DNA from: Phycisphaerae bacterium | Lineage (GTDB): Bacteria; Planctomycetota; Phycisphaerae; UBA1845; Fen-1342 | Direction: 5' to 3' | Assembly: GCA_963675745.2 (NCBI GenBank) | Contig: CAXXWX010000026.1 | Location: forward strand, 811,655 to 875,654 | Length of the DNA stretch: 64,000 nucleotides | Part shown: positions 10,034 to 20,471 of the stretch, one piece after another | Layout of the letters: every line of letters begins with the position of its first letter | Position numbering within the stretch: the first letter of the stretch is position 1 | Notes under the pieces: model-generated | The model's database searches: none | What the model saw: the letters and a program-made list of their open reading frames with translations, nothing else | What the model was told of the DNA's origin: nothing | Position numbers and translations under genes: made by a program

Positions 10034-11884
10034 ATGATCGGCCCGCCCGGTAAACCCGTGTCACTGGATTCGCAGACATTGGCGACGGTCAGCCGGTTTT
10101 ACGAAGCATTCGCACCGGCTGGGCAAGCGCCGGCCCGGTTCGACCGCACGTTTCGTAACATCGCCAACGCGCTGTGCAGCACGTTTGACACGTCGCACGT
10201 GATTTTGTGGGTGCCGGACCCCGAAGCCGAGGGGGACGAGGCCGTCGGCGCGGGCGATCGCGGTCGGCTGAATCCGGCGTTCACCACGTTTCCCGCGGAG
10301 ATGTTTGAGGCAATACCCGACAGTGTCCCGATGACATTGTCGCGCGTCGGGCGGGCGTTCGCCGAGGGGCGGGCACGTTTCTATCCAGAGCTCGACGCCT
10401 GGGCCAGCGCGACCGAATACGACCTGCTGCGCGAACACGGGCTGGCCGGCATGTGGGCAATCCCGCTGCGTCCCATGGTGCAGCGAATCACCACGCGCGA
10501 ACTCGATCCGCACAACGTGCTGGCGGTTGCGCTGGCGGGCTTCCCGGCGAAGTCATGGGTCGCCGAGCTGGCGCCCGAGGCGCTGGGGTTTTTCGGCAGC
10601 ATCTGCGGCCGCGCGATCGAGCGGGCCCTCTGGGCCGAGCAGGATCTGGTCAGCCAGAAAGCCTACGAAGCGCTCGATGCCGTCGAGACCGACCGTTTCA
10701 AGGCGATGGCGACCGTGGCGGCGGTGATCAAGGACTGCATGCAATTCGAGGCCTGCACGATCCTGCAAGCCGATGGGCCACAACACGTGTTACGGGTGCT
10801 CGGCACGACCGGCCTCGATTCGCGCATCCCGCTGCGCAAGATGTACTACAACTATGGTGAAGGCTGCACGGGATGGGTGGCGGAAAACCGCAAGACGCTG
10901 GCAACCGAGGATCTGCGATCGTGCCCGTTGCACACCAGGCAGAAATACCCCGACGTCGTGGTGTCAGCCGAGCACCAGCAATACCTGGGCACGCCGATGC
11001 TGTCGAACGCGGGCGAGTTGCTCGGCGTTATTCGCTTACGCAACAAGCTGCCGCCCGATGGGCAAGCCTGGCCGCGCTGCCTGAACCACCTTGATCGCAT
11101 CCGTGTCGAGCGGGTCGCCAAACTGATCGCACCGCTGATGTCGCTGTTAATAAAGGAGCGGCAGGTCTCGGGCGTGATGGAGCGCATTCAGCACGACCTG
11201 ACCATGCCGGCGATGGCCATTCGCGACGGGGCCGGCATGCTGCTGCGCGAGTCGGACGCGACGATTTGTGGCGACCTGGACCGCGTTCGCCAGAAGCTGG
11301 AGGACATCGAATCATTCGGCGAGATTCTGCTACTGAATTCGGAGATCATGGGCCTGACACCCGAGGTGGAACTGACGCTAAGGCCGGAGAACGTGCTGCC
11401 ACTGGGCGGGTTCATTGTAAAGCTGTGCAAGATGCTCGGGCCGGCGGCGCGGCGGCGCGGGCTCAACGGGATTCTGTATAACCAGGGCAGTTTCATGTCC
11501 ATTCCCGCCCTGTGGATCGATCCGCGCCTGTTTCAGGTGGCCATGTACAACCTGCTGCAAAACGCCTTGAAGTACAGCGCGCGTGACAGCTTGATCACGA
11601 TCGAGGGAGAGACCACGCGTACCGAAGGGGAGGTCTGGCACCTCATCCATGTGAAAAACACGGGCATCGGCATAACCGACGAAGAGGCACCGCACATCTT
11701 CGAGCGGCATTGGCGCTCGCCACGGGCCCGCCGGCGCAGTAACACCGGCCTGGGCATCGGGCTGGCCACGGCCAGCGAAATCATCCGACGGCACGGTGGG
11801 CGGCTGGTGCTCACGCACGCCCATGACCCCACGGTGTTTACCATCGAGCTGCCGGCGCAGCTTGCTACCTGTAAGCCGGCGTGA
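10034..11884 (+). CDS. Cytoplasmic GAF-domain sensor histidine kinase
   Basis: GAF (GEGCTGWVAENRK...YLGTPML..GELLGVIRL), H-box IQHDLTMP, N-box NLLQNALKYS, NTGIGI, GLGIGL. Start chosen 7 nt after TGGACC-N17-TACAAT. Confidence 0.85.
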   Translation: MIGPPGKPVSLDSQTLATVSRFYEAFAPAGQAPARFDRTFRNIANALCSTFDTSHVILWVPDPEAEGDEAVGAGDRGRLNPAFTTFPAEMFEAIPDSVPMTLSRVGRAFAEGRARFYPELDAWASATEYDLLREHGLAGMWAIPLRPMVQRITTRELDPHNVLAVALAGFPAKSWVAELAPEALGFFGSICGRAIERALWAEQDLVSQKAYEALDAVETDRFKAMATVAAVIKDCMQFEACTILQADGPQHVLRVLGTTGLDSRIPLRKMYYNYGEGCTGWVAENRKTLATEDLRSCPLHTRQKYPDVVVSAEHQQYLGTPMLSNAGELLGVIRLRNKLPPDGQAWPRCLNHLDRIRVERVAKLIAPLMSLLIKERQVSGVMERIQHDLTMPAMAIRDGAGMLLRESDATICGDLDRVRQKLEDIESFGEILLLNSEIMGLTPEVELTLRPENVLPLGGFIVKLCKMLGPAARRRGLNGILYNQGSFMSIPALWIDPRLFQVAMYNLLQNALKYSARDSLITIEGETTRTEGEVWHLIHVKNTGIGITDEEAPHIFERHWRSPRARRRSNTGLGIGLATASEIIRRHGGRLVLTHAHDPTVFTIELPAQLATCKPA

Positions 11885-11899
11885 TAACTTAGCGGAGTT

Positions 11900-12430
11900 A
11901 TGCCCGGGCAGACGATCCTACTTGTCGACGACGAACTCGAGATCCTCTCCGACCACATTCGGAAGTTGGAGGAGGCCGGATTTGCCGTCACCCAGCGCCG
12001 CACCACGGATCAGGCCATTGATGATTTCATGAATGACCGCGGCGTGGCCTACGATCTGGTCATACTGGACATGATGATCCCGCCGCCCGATCGCGAGGAG
12101 TATCGGCACTTCTACGACGATTGGGACGGGATGCGCTCCGGCGGCCGCCTGTTGTACATCCTGCGGCAGAGCCAGCAGAACCCGCACCCGCCGGTGCTGC
12201 TGCTGTCCAACCTCAAGGATGACGAGATGCTGACGGAGGCGTGGGATCGCTACGCGATATGGTGCGATCGTCACGACCTCGACATGCCGCCGGTCCGCTC
12301 GGACGAGGCGATGATCTCCACGCTGAGGAGCCGCTTCGGCACCTGGGTGCGTGAGAAGCGCCGCACGCCCCCCTGGCATCTACCGAAGGTTGTGCAGGAA
12401 ATCCTCGCCGACAGTTCTCCAACTAACTAG
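11900..12430 (+). CDS. Stand-alone response regulator receiver protein
   Basis: ILLVDDE, YDLVILDMMIP, PVLLLSN; directly downstream of the kinase. Confidence 0.8.
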   Translation: MPGQTILLVDDELEILSDHIRKLEEAGFAVTQRRTTDQAIDDFMNDRGVAYDLVILDMMIPPPDREEYRHFYDDWDGMRSGGRLLYILRQSQQNPHPPVLLLSNLKDDEMLTEAWDRYAIWCDRHDLDMPPVRSDEAMISTLRSRFGTWVREKRRTPPWHLPKVVQEILADSSPTN

Positions 12431-12490
12431 GTCAGTGCGCACGTCTGTCCCGTACCGCCGCCGCCGGCGGTGGTGTGCATTGAGACGCGC

Positions 12491-12519
12491 TTGCGCTCGG
12501 GCCGCGGAATGGCTATAGT
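12491..12519 (+). promoter_or_regulatory. Putative sigma70 promoter of lysS
   Basis: TTGCGC-N17-TATAGT ending 10 nt before ATG 12530. Confidence 0.5.
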
Positions 12520-12529
12520 GACTGCCACG

Positions 12530-14044
12530 ATGAGCGACCAGAGATCCGATCGTATTGCCAAGCTGGACAGACTGCGTGCCCTGGAGCCGCCGGTTGATCC
12601 GTATGGCGCGCGTTTCACCGACGTCACGTCACACGCTGCGGTTCGCGCGGCCGCGGAGAAACTCGATATAGCCGAGGGGCAGATTCTCGAACCCGGCACG
12701 GGCACGAGCTTCCGAACCGCCGGTCGCGTGGTGCTGCAACGCGCGTTCGGCAATCTGATTTTCCTCACGGCGCGCGACCTGAGCGGCGATCTCCAGTACG
12801 GCCTCAGCAAGAAGCTGGTGGCGGGCAACGGCTTCAAGGTTGCGAAGCTGCTGGACCTGGGCGATATCGTCGGTGTGGACGGAGTGCTCGGACGTACGAA
12901 GACCGGCGAATTGACGCTGTGGGTCAGTGAGTTCACGCTGCTGTCCAAGTCGCTGCGGCCGCCGCCCGAGAAGTTCAAGGGACTCAAGGACGTCGAAGAG
13001 CGCTATCGTCGGCGCTACATAGATCTGGCCAGCAATGCTGAATCGCGCGAGGTTTTTGTGCGGCGCGCGCAGATCATGGCGCACATTCGCGAGGTGCTTC
13101 AACGCCGCGGCTTCCTGGAAGTTGACACGCCGGTGCTCCAGCCGTTGTACGGCGGGGCCGCCGCGCGGCCGTTTTTGACCCACCACAACACGCTCGACAT
13201 GCGTCTTTACCTGCGGATCTCGCCGGAGCTGTACTTGAAGCGCTGCCTGGTGGGCGGCCTGGAGCGGGTTTACGAATTCTCGCGCTGTTTTCGCAACGAA
13301 GGTATCAGTGCGCGCCACAATCCCGAATTCACGATGCTCGAGCTCTACCAGGCGTACGGTGATTACCACGACATGATGGAAATCACGGAGGAGATCATCG
13401 CCGGCGCGGCACGAGAGGTGACCGGCTCGACCAAGATCGCGTTCGGCGACCGTGAGATTGACTACACCACCCCCTGGCCGCGGCGCAAGTACGCCGACCT
13501 GTTCGCCGAGTACGTGGGCTTTCCGCTTTCCGAAATCGCTCAAGCCCGCGCTCGTGCGCGGGAGCTGAAGATCGAGGAGCACAAGCTGGACGACGCAGTC
13601 GTGATCAATGTCCTCTTCGAGCATTACGTCGAGCCGCACCTGATCAACCCGACGTTTGTGATCGACTATCCGGCCCCGCTGTGCCCGCTCACCAAACGGC
13701 ATCCGGACGATGCGAGTGTCGCGCTGCGTTTCGAGGTTTTCATCAATCGCATGGAGCTGGGCAACGCCTACAGCGAGTTGAATGATCCGCGCGTGCAGGA
13801 GGAGACCTTCAGCAGGCAGCTTCGCGGCGAGGAAGACGAGACGATGGCGGTCATGGATACTGACTTCATCGAGGCCCTCGAGTACGGCATGCCCCCCGCC
13901 GGTGGTCTCGGCCTGGGCGTTGACCGCCTGGTCATGCTTCTTACCGGCAGCCAGAACATTCGCGACGTGATCCTGTTTCCGCTGCAACGGCCAGAGCAGA
14001 CACACGACACGTCGCAGTCTGATTCGGATGAGCCGTCGGAGTGA
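12530..14044 (+). CDS. lysS: Lysine--tRNA ligase (class II)
   Basis: RYRRRYIDL, YGGAAARPF, LRISPELYLKR, FRNEG...HNPEFTMLE, GMPPAGGLGLGVDRL. Confidence 0.97.
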   Translation: MSDQRSDRIAKLDRLRALEPPVDPYGARFTDVTSHAAVRAAAEKLDIAEGQILEPGTGTSFRTAGRVVLQRAFGNLIFLTARDLSGDLQYGLSKKLVAGNGFKVAKLLDLGDIVGVDGVLGRTKTGELTLWVSEFTLLSKSLRPPPEKFKGLKDVEERYRRRYIDLASNAESREVFVRRAQIMAHIREVLQRRGFLEVDTPVLQPLYGGAAARPFLTHHNTLDMRLYLRISPELYLKRCLVGGLERVYEFSRCFRNEGISARHNPEFTMLELYQAYGDYHDMMEITEEIIAGAAREVTGSTKIAFGDREIDYTTPWPRRKYADLFAEYVGFPLSEIAQARARARELKIEEHKLDDAVVINVLFEHYVEPHLINPTFVIDYPAPLCPLTKRHPDDASVALRFEVFINRMELGNAYSELNDPRVQEETFSRQLRGEEDETMAVMDTDFIEALEYGMPPAGGLGLGVDRLVMLLTGSQNIRDVILFPLQRPEQTHDTSQSDSDEPSE

Positions 14045-14223
14045 CGCAGTAATAATCGACGGTTGCGCACAGTCACCCCGACGCCGCGCACGCGCTCAGC
14101 AGCTTGCGGCAATCAGGGCCAGCCAGTATACCGGCTGGCGACGCGGGCCACGGAAGACCCGCCGATGCGTGACAGCGATCTCGGGTTCAGCACCCGCGCG
14201 CCGCGAGTCGAGACCAACGCGAG

Positions 14224-15834
14224 TTGTACAAGCTCTTTCTCACAATCCGGTACTTGCGAAAACGCCGAATCGCGTACTTCGCCATTGTTGCGGTGGCACT
14301 GTGCGTGGCCATGGTGCTCACAGTCATGTCGGTCATGCAGGGGTTTCTGGATAATGTGAAGCTGCGCGCCAGGGGCCTTTTGGGCGACGTGATAGTCGAC
14401 AATCGCGCGTATAGCGGCTTTCCTCTGTACGAGGAGTTTATCGAGGAAATCCGCCAGTGGCCGGAAGTGGTCGCCGCCACGCCGGTGATTTACTCCTACG
14501 GTCTGATCCGTTTCCCCGACACCGAGCAAAGCGGGACGGTCCGAGTGGTCGGGTTGCGGCTGGAGGAGGCCTACGAGGTCAATGCCTTCAGATCGAGTCT
14601 CTATTACGAAGAGCAATATCCGGGTGCGACTCAGCTTGGTGACGTGCGCCAGCCGCGCATCGGCGTGAAGTGGGAGGAGTTGCCGGAACAAGGCGGGTGG
14701 AAGCCGATTCCATCTCTGCCAGAGCCGTACGCGACGGCGCTGCAACAAGCCAGAGCCCGCGGTGTGGTTGACGAGGATGAGGATCCGGACAAGGCGTCCA
14801 ATCCGCATGATATCGACATTCCGCCCGGGCGGTTCGCCGCCGTACCGTTCGAGGGTCCGCGCGATACGGAGCCCGACTATGTGGGTGAGCCGCGGCCCGG
14901 TCTGATCATCGGGCGTGATATTGTCGCCGAGCGGCTGTCGGATGGGCGGTATGAGCGTTTCTATGACTGTGGTGAGCGCGTGCACGTCACGCTCTTGCAG
15001 GTTTTGCCGAACGGGACGGTCGATCAACCGGTGAAACAGGCGTTTCGTTACGTTGATGATTCGCGCACGGGGATTTTCGAGATCGACTCGAGACATGTGT
15101 ATTGCGACTTCGACCTGCTGCAAAAGCTGCTGCTGATGGATGCGGCCGAACGCGCCGACGGCAGCGGCACGGCGCCGGCCCGCTGTTCGCAGGTTCAGAT
15201 CAAGCTGGTCCCGAATCTGACCGGCACTCAGCACAAGAGCATCGCCAGGCGGCTCGAGCAGTGTTATCTGGCGCTCGCGAGCGAACCGCGCTTCGATCTC
15301 GACTTCTGGGAGCAGCGGCTCGTCAGCCGTATCACCGCCGTGACCTGGGAGGAGTCACAGGCTCACATCATCGAGCCGGTCGAGAAAGAGCGCATCCTGG
15401 TGACGATTATCCTGGGGGTTATCTCGTGCGTGTCGGGCGTGCTCGTGTTGTGCATTCTGTACATGATCGTGCTTCAGAAGACGCGCGATATCGGGATCGT
15501 CAAGGCCATCGGCGGCTCTTCGATGGGTGTGGCGCTCACGTTCGTCGGCTACGGCACGGCCATCGGCATCGTGGGAAGCGTTGTCGGCGGCGTCGGGGGA
15601 TTCTGTTTTGTCACGTACATCAACGAGTTCCAGGCGTTTCTGGTCAGTTTGAACCCTGCGTGGCAGGTGTGGGACCGCTCCGTGTACTCGTTTGACGAGA
15701 TTCCGAACCAGGTATCCCCCTGGGACATCGGCACGGTAGTCGTGGCCGCCGTGGGCCTGTCAATCCTGGGGTCGCTGTTGGCGGCCTGGCGTGCGGGTTC
15801 GATGGAGCCGGTGAAGGCGTTGTCCTATGAATAG
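14224..15834 (+). CDS. Lipoprotein-releasing ABC transporter permease (LolC/E family)
   Basis: MYKLFLTIRYLRKRR..VMSVMQGF; KTRDIGIVKAIGGS; PVKALSYE; 4-TM pattern; lysS-lolC/E-lolD order. TTG start. Confidence 0.85.
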   Translation: MYKLFLTIRYLRKRRIAYFAIVAVALCVAMVLTVMSVMQGFLDNVKLRARGLLGDVIVDNRAYSGFPLYEEFIEEIRQWPEVVAATPVIYSYGLIRFPDTEQSGTVRVVGLRLEEAYEVNAFRSSLYYEEQYPGATQLGDVRQPRIGVKWEELPEQGGWKPIPSLPEPYATALQQARARGVVDEDEDPDKASNPHDIDIPPGRFAAVPFEGPRDTEPDYVGEPRPGLIIGRDIVAERLSDGRYERFYDCGERVHVTLLQVLPNGTVDQPVKQAFRYVDDSRTGIFEIDSRHVYCDFDLLQKLLLMDAAERADGSGTAPARCSQVQIKLVPNLTGTQHKSIARRLEQCYLALASEPRFDLDFWEQRLVSRITAVTWEESQAHIIEPVEKERILVTIILGVISCVSGVLVLCILYMIVLQKTRDIGIVKAIGGSSMGVALTFVGYGTAIGIVGSVVGGVGGFCFVTYINEFQAFLVSLNPAWQVWDRSVYSFDEIPNQVSPWDIGTVVVAAVGLSILGSLLAAWRAGSMEPVKALSYE

Positions 15835-16789
15835 CGCACTGCTGCGCACTGACGCGCTGAAGAAACACTACCAGATGGGACGCACGCGCCTCGACGTATT
15901 GCGCGGCTGTGAGCTCAACGTCCGGGAAGGCGAATTCATCACCATCATGGGCAAGTCCGGCAGCGGCAAGAGCACGCTGCTGCACATTCTGGGCGCGCTG
16001 GACGTGCCCACCAGCGGTGAGGTCTATTTCAACGGGGCCGCCGTTTGTCGGCCTGACACGGCGATCGCGAGCCTTGGCGCGTGGTTGGACGGCATAGTTG
16101 CGTGGTTCCAGCGCCTGATCATGTTCGTGCTGTTGTGGATACTGCTGCCGGGATTTGCCCTGTTCATGCTGGCGGCCGTCTTCTTCATCGAGACAATCTC
16201 GGCGCACTTGTTCACTATCCTCGGCGTGATTACGGCCGCATTGGCCCTGCTTCCGCTTTACGTCGGTTTGCTGCTATGCCGTCTGCTGCTGGCGGACTTC
16301 GTCGGCCACCGCCGGATCGCCCTGCGCCGCCGCGCGTTTGGGTTTGTCTTTCAGTTTTATCACCTTCTTCCGGAATTGAACGTGCTCGAGAATGTGCTGC
16401 TGCCGCGCATGACAAAGAAGTGGCCCTGGACGTGGCTGTGGGAGCGCCGCGCCGCGCGGATCGATGCACTGGCGATTCTCAAGCGCGTCGGACTCGGGGG
16501 ACGGCTGAAGCATCACCCCGGCGAACTCTCCGGGGGCGAGCGGCAACGGGTGGCCATCGCCCGCGCCCTGGTTCACCGGCCGCGCGTTCTGCTGGCCGAT
16601 GAGCCGACCGGCAATCTGGATGCCGAAGCCGGCCGCGGGATCATGGATGTGCTCAGCGGTCTCCATGCGGAGGGCCAGACGATTGTGATGGTCACGCACG
16701 ACCCGGCTTTGGCGAAGTACACGGACCGTGTGCTTCACCTGGAGAACGGCCGGCTCCGCGAAGTCCGAGCTGACGCCGATACCGCGTAG
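15827..16789 (+). CDS. lolD: LolD-like ABC transporter ATP-binding protein with a hydrophobic insertion
   Basis: Walker A GKSGSGKST, FVFQFYHLLPELNVLENV, LSGGERQRVAIARAL, LADEPTGNLD, VTHD. Confidence 0.85.
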   Translation: MNSALLRTDALKKHYQMGRTRLDVLRGCELNVREGEFITIMGKSGSGKSTLLHILGALDVPTSGEVYFNGAAVCRPDTAIASLGAWLDGIVAWFQRLIMFVLLWILLPGFALFMLAAVFFIETISAHLFTILGVITAALALLPLYVGLLLCRLLLADFVGHRRIALRRRAFGFVFQFYHLLPELNVLENVLLPRMTKKWPWTWLWERRAARIDALAILKRVGLGGRLKHHPGELSGGERQRVAIARALVHRPRVLLADEPTGNLDAEAGRGIMDVLSGLHAEGQTIVMVTHDPALAKYTDRVLHLENGRLREVRADADTA

Positions 16790-16804
16790 CAACCGGCGCC
16801 GCTC

Positions 16805-18769
16805 TCAGGCCTCCTCGCTCTCGACGGGAATTCGAACAGTGAAGGTGCTGCCCTTGCCAAGCTCGGAGCGGACTTCGACCTTGCCCTGATGGGCGGCGGT
16901 GATGCGTTTGACAATGGCCAACCCCAGGCCGGTGCCGCGTGTTTTGCGCACGCGTGGGTCAGCGCCGCGTTCGAAGCCGCGGCCGAGGCGGCGAAGCTGG
17001 CTCCGCGCCATCCCAATCCCGTGATCCTCGACCTCGATCAGCACCTCGTTACGCCGGCGCCAGACAGCCACACGCAGGTACTTCCGATCCGACGAATAGC
17101 GGTGGGCGTTTTGCAGCAGATTGACGAGCACCTGTTCGAGCGCCGCCGGATCGGCCGTGATCGTCGGTAAATCCGGGGCGATGTCGAGCTGGCACTCAAA
17201 GCCCTCTTCGCGCAATCGGGGTTGAAACAGCGACCAGGCCTGGCGCACGATCTGCCCGGGATCACACCGCGACATGTCGTAGTGGCGGCGCCCGGAGGCC
17301 AGGCGGCTGAAGTCCAGGATGTTGTCGAGCAGCATCGTCAGACGCTCACTCTCACGCGCTATCGTCTGATGGTACTCGCGGGCACGTTCGGCGTCGCTGA
17401 CGCGTCCGGCCTCGAGAGTTTCGGCGGAGAGCCTGATCAGGGCCAACGGCGTTTTCAGCTCATGGCTCATGTCCGCCATGAATTGCTGCTGCATCCGCAC
17501 CAGCTCCCGCCGTCTATTCAGGGCGCGCATCACCAGCCAGATCACCACGGCCCAGGCGCCGGTGGTGCCGATGCTGACGCTGACCAGAAAACCCAGTCTG
17601 CGCTGGGCTGATTCGCGCAGGCGTGTCAACGTCGCCCGCGACGGCGTGAGGGCCAAGCCGCCAAAGCACTCCGGCAGCCGGCAGAACAGCTCACCCTCGG
17701 CCGCCTCGGCGGGAGAAAGTACGCGCCAGCGCCGCTCGGGGGTTTCGCGATACCAATAGCGACGAATGACGTTATCGAGCGTGGCCACCAGCACGATCTG
17801 CCGATCATCGCGCGTGCGCTGCACAACCGCCAGCATGGCAGCCGCCTGCGCTGGCTTGAGGGTGGCGAATGCGATCTCCTCAGGCGCGAGCGCGCGGGTC
17901 GGTGGAAACGTGCTGAGCAGCGCGGTTTGAATCGCGGGCAGCGCGGCGCGCACCTCGGCCCGTCGGGCGAGCTGTGTCAACATCTCGTCAAATGGATCAG
18001 AAGCGAACGGTCGGCGCGGGATGGCCTCGACTCGGCTTTGTACCAGGGCGACCTCGGCTGGGCCGAACGCCGCCGTGTGGGCCGCGGCCATGGCATCCAG
18101 CAGAAGGCCCAGTTCATGTCGTGCCGCCGGCAGCTCCAGGCGATCCAGTTGGCAATCTACCACCGCCAGGCGCGCGCCAAATGCGCCGCGCCAGCCCGCC
18201 GGATCGGCGTCGAAGATCTCCGCGGCGCGCATGTAATCGCGCGCCGCCGCTCGCAGCAACCCCAGCTTTCGCGAGTTCGCCGCGGCGGCCAGCAGCGCCG
18301 ACACGACCACCGGCCCGTCAGCGGTCTCACTGAGCGACTCGTAGTGCTCGACCGCGGCGGTCGGATCGTGGTCGGCAAACTCCAGCACCTCGCCTTCCTC
18401 GAGTTGATCATCGTACACAAGCGGCAGTGGCGCTTCGGTCGGTGTGCGCGGGTAGAAGTGATATGTCCCGCCACGATCATCGCTCCCGACAAACCACCAG
18501 AAGCGCTGCTCGCACGTCCAGGAATCGAGGGCATCCTCACCAATGTCACGGGCCGCCGTCGCCGCGTACAACCAGTTCTCCAGCTCGAGGCGAAACTCGC
18601 GTTCGCGTTCGATGGCGGCGTGCTGGGCCGCCTGTCGCTCGGCATCGAGTTCGCGCGCTTCGAGTGTGAGTCCCTGCCGCGCTACCGCCGAGACAATCAG
18701 CCACGTCAGCGTCAGGCTGATGGTGACGGCCAGGGCCGAGAGCAGTCGATCGGTGTTCCAACGCGGCAC
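16805..18769 (-). CDS. Membrane-bound sensor histidine kinase
   Basis: Two TM segments; MSHELKTPL, NLLQNA, DHGIG, GTGLGL, GKGSTF. Confidence 0.9.
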   Translation of the reverse strand: MPRWNTDRLLSALAVTISLTLTWLIVSAVARQGLTLEARELDAERQAAQHAAIEREREFRLELENWLYAATAARDIGEDALDSWTCEQRFWWFVGSDDRGGTYHFYPRTPTEAPLPLVYDDQLEEGEVLEFADHDPTAAVEHYESLSETADGPVVVSALLAAAANSRKLGLLRAAARDYMRAAEIFDADPAGWRGAFGARLAVVDCQLDRLELPAARHELGLLLDAMAAAHTAAFGPAEVALVQSRVEAIPRRPFASDPFDEMLTQLARRAEVRAALPAIQTALLSTFPPTRALAPEEIAFATLKPAQAAAMLAVVQRTRDDRQIVLVATLDNVIRRYWYRETPERRWRVLSPAEAAEGELFCRLPECFGGLALTPSRATLTRLRESAQRRLGFLVSVSIGTTGAWAVVIWLVMRALNRRRELVRMQQQFMADMSHELKTPLALIRLSAETLEAGRVSDAERAREYHQTIARESERLTMLLDNILDFSRLASGRRHYDMSRCDPGQIVRQAWSLFQPRLREEGFECQLDIAPDLPTITADPAALEQVLVNLLQNAHRYSSDRKYLRVAVWRRRNEVLIEVEDHGIGMARSQLRRLGRGFERGADPRVRKTRGTGLGLAIVKRITAAHQGKVEVRSELGKGSTFTVRIPVESEEA

Positions 18770-18772
18770 AGG

Positions 18773-20323
18773 TCACTCCGGATGATCGGCCGTGGCTGCG
18801 TCATCAGCGCCGTGGCGTAGACTGGTTTGCAGCACGCGAGCCGCCCGCTCGCGCAGCGGCTCGAACCACACCGCCAGATCGATCGGATTGAAAGCGTCCT
18901 CGCGGACCAGCGGCAGGTCGGCACCACCCACGCGCAGCGTCAGGATCGTCCTGTCGCGCGGGCCGTGCGTACCATGCACGCGCAGCACCTCATCGTGAAC
19001 TTCGATGCGCAGGCCGAGTTGGGAATACTCTATGCGTTCCGGCAGCTTGACCCAGCCGGGTAACAAATTGTCGAGGTCCAGTCCGAAGCCCTCGCGCAGC
19101 ACGGTCTTCAGAAACGCGAACTCGATCCAGCGCGCCTCGCCGTCGGGCACGTTAACGCGCAGCGTCGCGGCCAGCGACGTCAGGCGGTTGTGCTGGACAG
19201 TCAGGTCCTCGATGACGACATCCAGGTCACCGTTCATGCGTCCCCGGCCGAGCGCCGCGGTAAGCTGCTCTAGTGAATACCCGGTACACTCGCCGGAAGC
19301 GACCAGCAGGTCGATGCCCTCGGGCGAGAGGTCGGCCTGCCGGATGCGGAGTGTCACTGTGCCGCCGCCGCTGGGGTATTGCCACACATCGAGCAGATCA
19401 TCCGGCGCGATGCCCGCCAGCACGCCGCGAAAACGCAGCCTCACCGGCCGGTCGTTCTCGACCCGAAACTCGTTGACCTCCAGTTCGGGACAACGCCCCT
19501 GCCAGGGCTCATCGAACAAGCCGCCGGTCAACTCGGCGAGCATCACGTCGGTGAAGCCGCCGCTGACCACGGTGGTCTGGTCGGTTCCCGATTCGCGGTG
19601 GACGAGCGTGCCCTCGAACGTACCCGAGCGAACCTGCGTGTTCAGAATCGACTCGAGGCGCATGATTGCCAGCGGCATGGGTGGTACACGCAATTCGAGC
19701 ATGTCAACCTGCACCCCCTCCGCGCGGGCCGAGAAGGCCGCGTTTAGAAACACCGGCGTGGGCACCTCGCAGTCGTTGAAAACGCGACAGGCAACGGCGG
19801 CGCGGCCGATGCGCTGATTCTCGAAAACCACCCGGCCGCCGGCTTCGCGCAGGTCAAGGTGAAAATCGCCACGCGACACGTGAAGGCTCATGTTGCTGAA
19901 GCGCACCTGGCGCGGCCCGTCGGGTCCAAACCCCGGGCGCAAACCCTGCTCAAGCACACGCCGATATCCGGGACGCAGCCAGGTCCGCGACGAAATTTCG
20001 CAAAACCCGTCGAAAAGGTCTATTTCGTATTCGTCTTCATGGTTATCGGGCAGGTAGGCGACCAGAGCCCGCTCGCAGCGGAACGCCTGACCATCGCGGT
20101 CCGGCAACCATACGATGACGTCGTCGAATTGCTGCGATCGCCACGAGCGCGGTACCACGCGGCCAATCTGAGCCGGCAGGCCCAGTGAGTCGCTCAAATG
20201 CGCACGGCAGGTCTCCCGATAGCGGTTGCTGCGCCAGTACCAGGCGTAGCCGCCGGTCCACGACAGCGACGCGAACAGCACCACGATCAGCACCCCCGCC
20301 GCAATAATCCGACCCGTTCGCAT
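18773..20323 (-). CDS. Hypothetical membrane-anchored protein
   Basis: Long ORF with an N-terminal TM helix; TAGAAT 7 nt upstream of ATG 20323; ends 3 nt before the kinase start. Confidence 0.65.
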   Translation of the reverse strand: MRTGRIIAAGVLIVVLFASLSWTGGYAWYWRSNRYRETCRAHLSDSLGLPAQIGRVVPRSWRSQQFDDVIVWLPDRDGQAFRCERALVAYLPDNHEDEYEIDLFDGFCEISSRTWLRPGYRRVLEQGLRPGFGPDGPRQVRFSNMSLHVSRGDFHLDLREAGGRVVFENQRIGRAAVACRVFNDCEVPTPVFLNAAFSARAEGVQVDMLELRVPPMPLAIMRLESILNTQVRSGTFEGTLVHRESGTDQTTVVSGGFTDVMLAELTGGLFDEPWQGRCPELEVNEFRVENDRPVRLRFRGVLAGIAPDDLLDVWQYPSGGGTVTLRIRQADLSPEGIDLLVASGECTGYSLEQLTAALGRGRMNGDLDVVIEDLTVQHNRLTSLAATLRVNVPDGEARWIEFAFLKTVLREGFGLDLDNLLPGWVKLPERIEYSQLGLRIEVHDEVLRVHGTHGPRDRTILTLRVGGADLPLVREDAFNPIDLAVWFEPLRERAARVLQTSLRHGADDAATADHPE

Positions 20324-20471
20324 AGGCGGGATTCTAACTGTCGGCGGAAACGCGGTACAGACGGGCCGGGCCGGCGGATTGCGCGCGGCCAATTAACTCG
20401 CCCGCGCACTCTGCCGATTTTATGGGAGGAACGAGCGCGTTCATGCTCGCATTTGCCATCGGAGGCACAGC

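Noticed and set aside
12629..14005. 458-aa antisense ORF over lysS (similar ones over pgk, the RND genes and the pseudouridine synthase)
   Set aside because: Typical stop-poor antisense frames of high-GC coding DNA.
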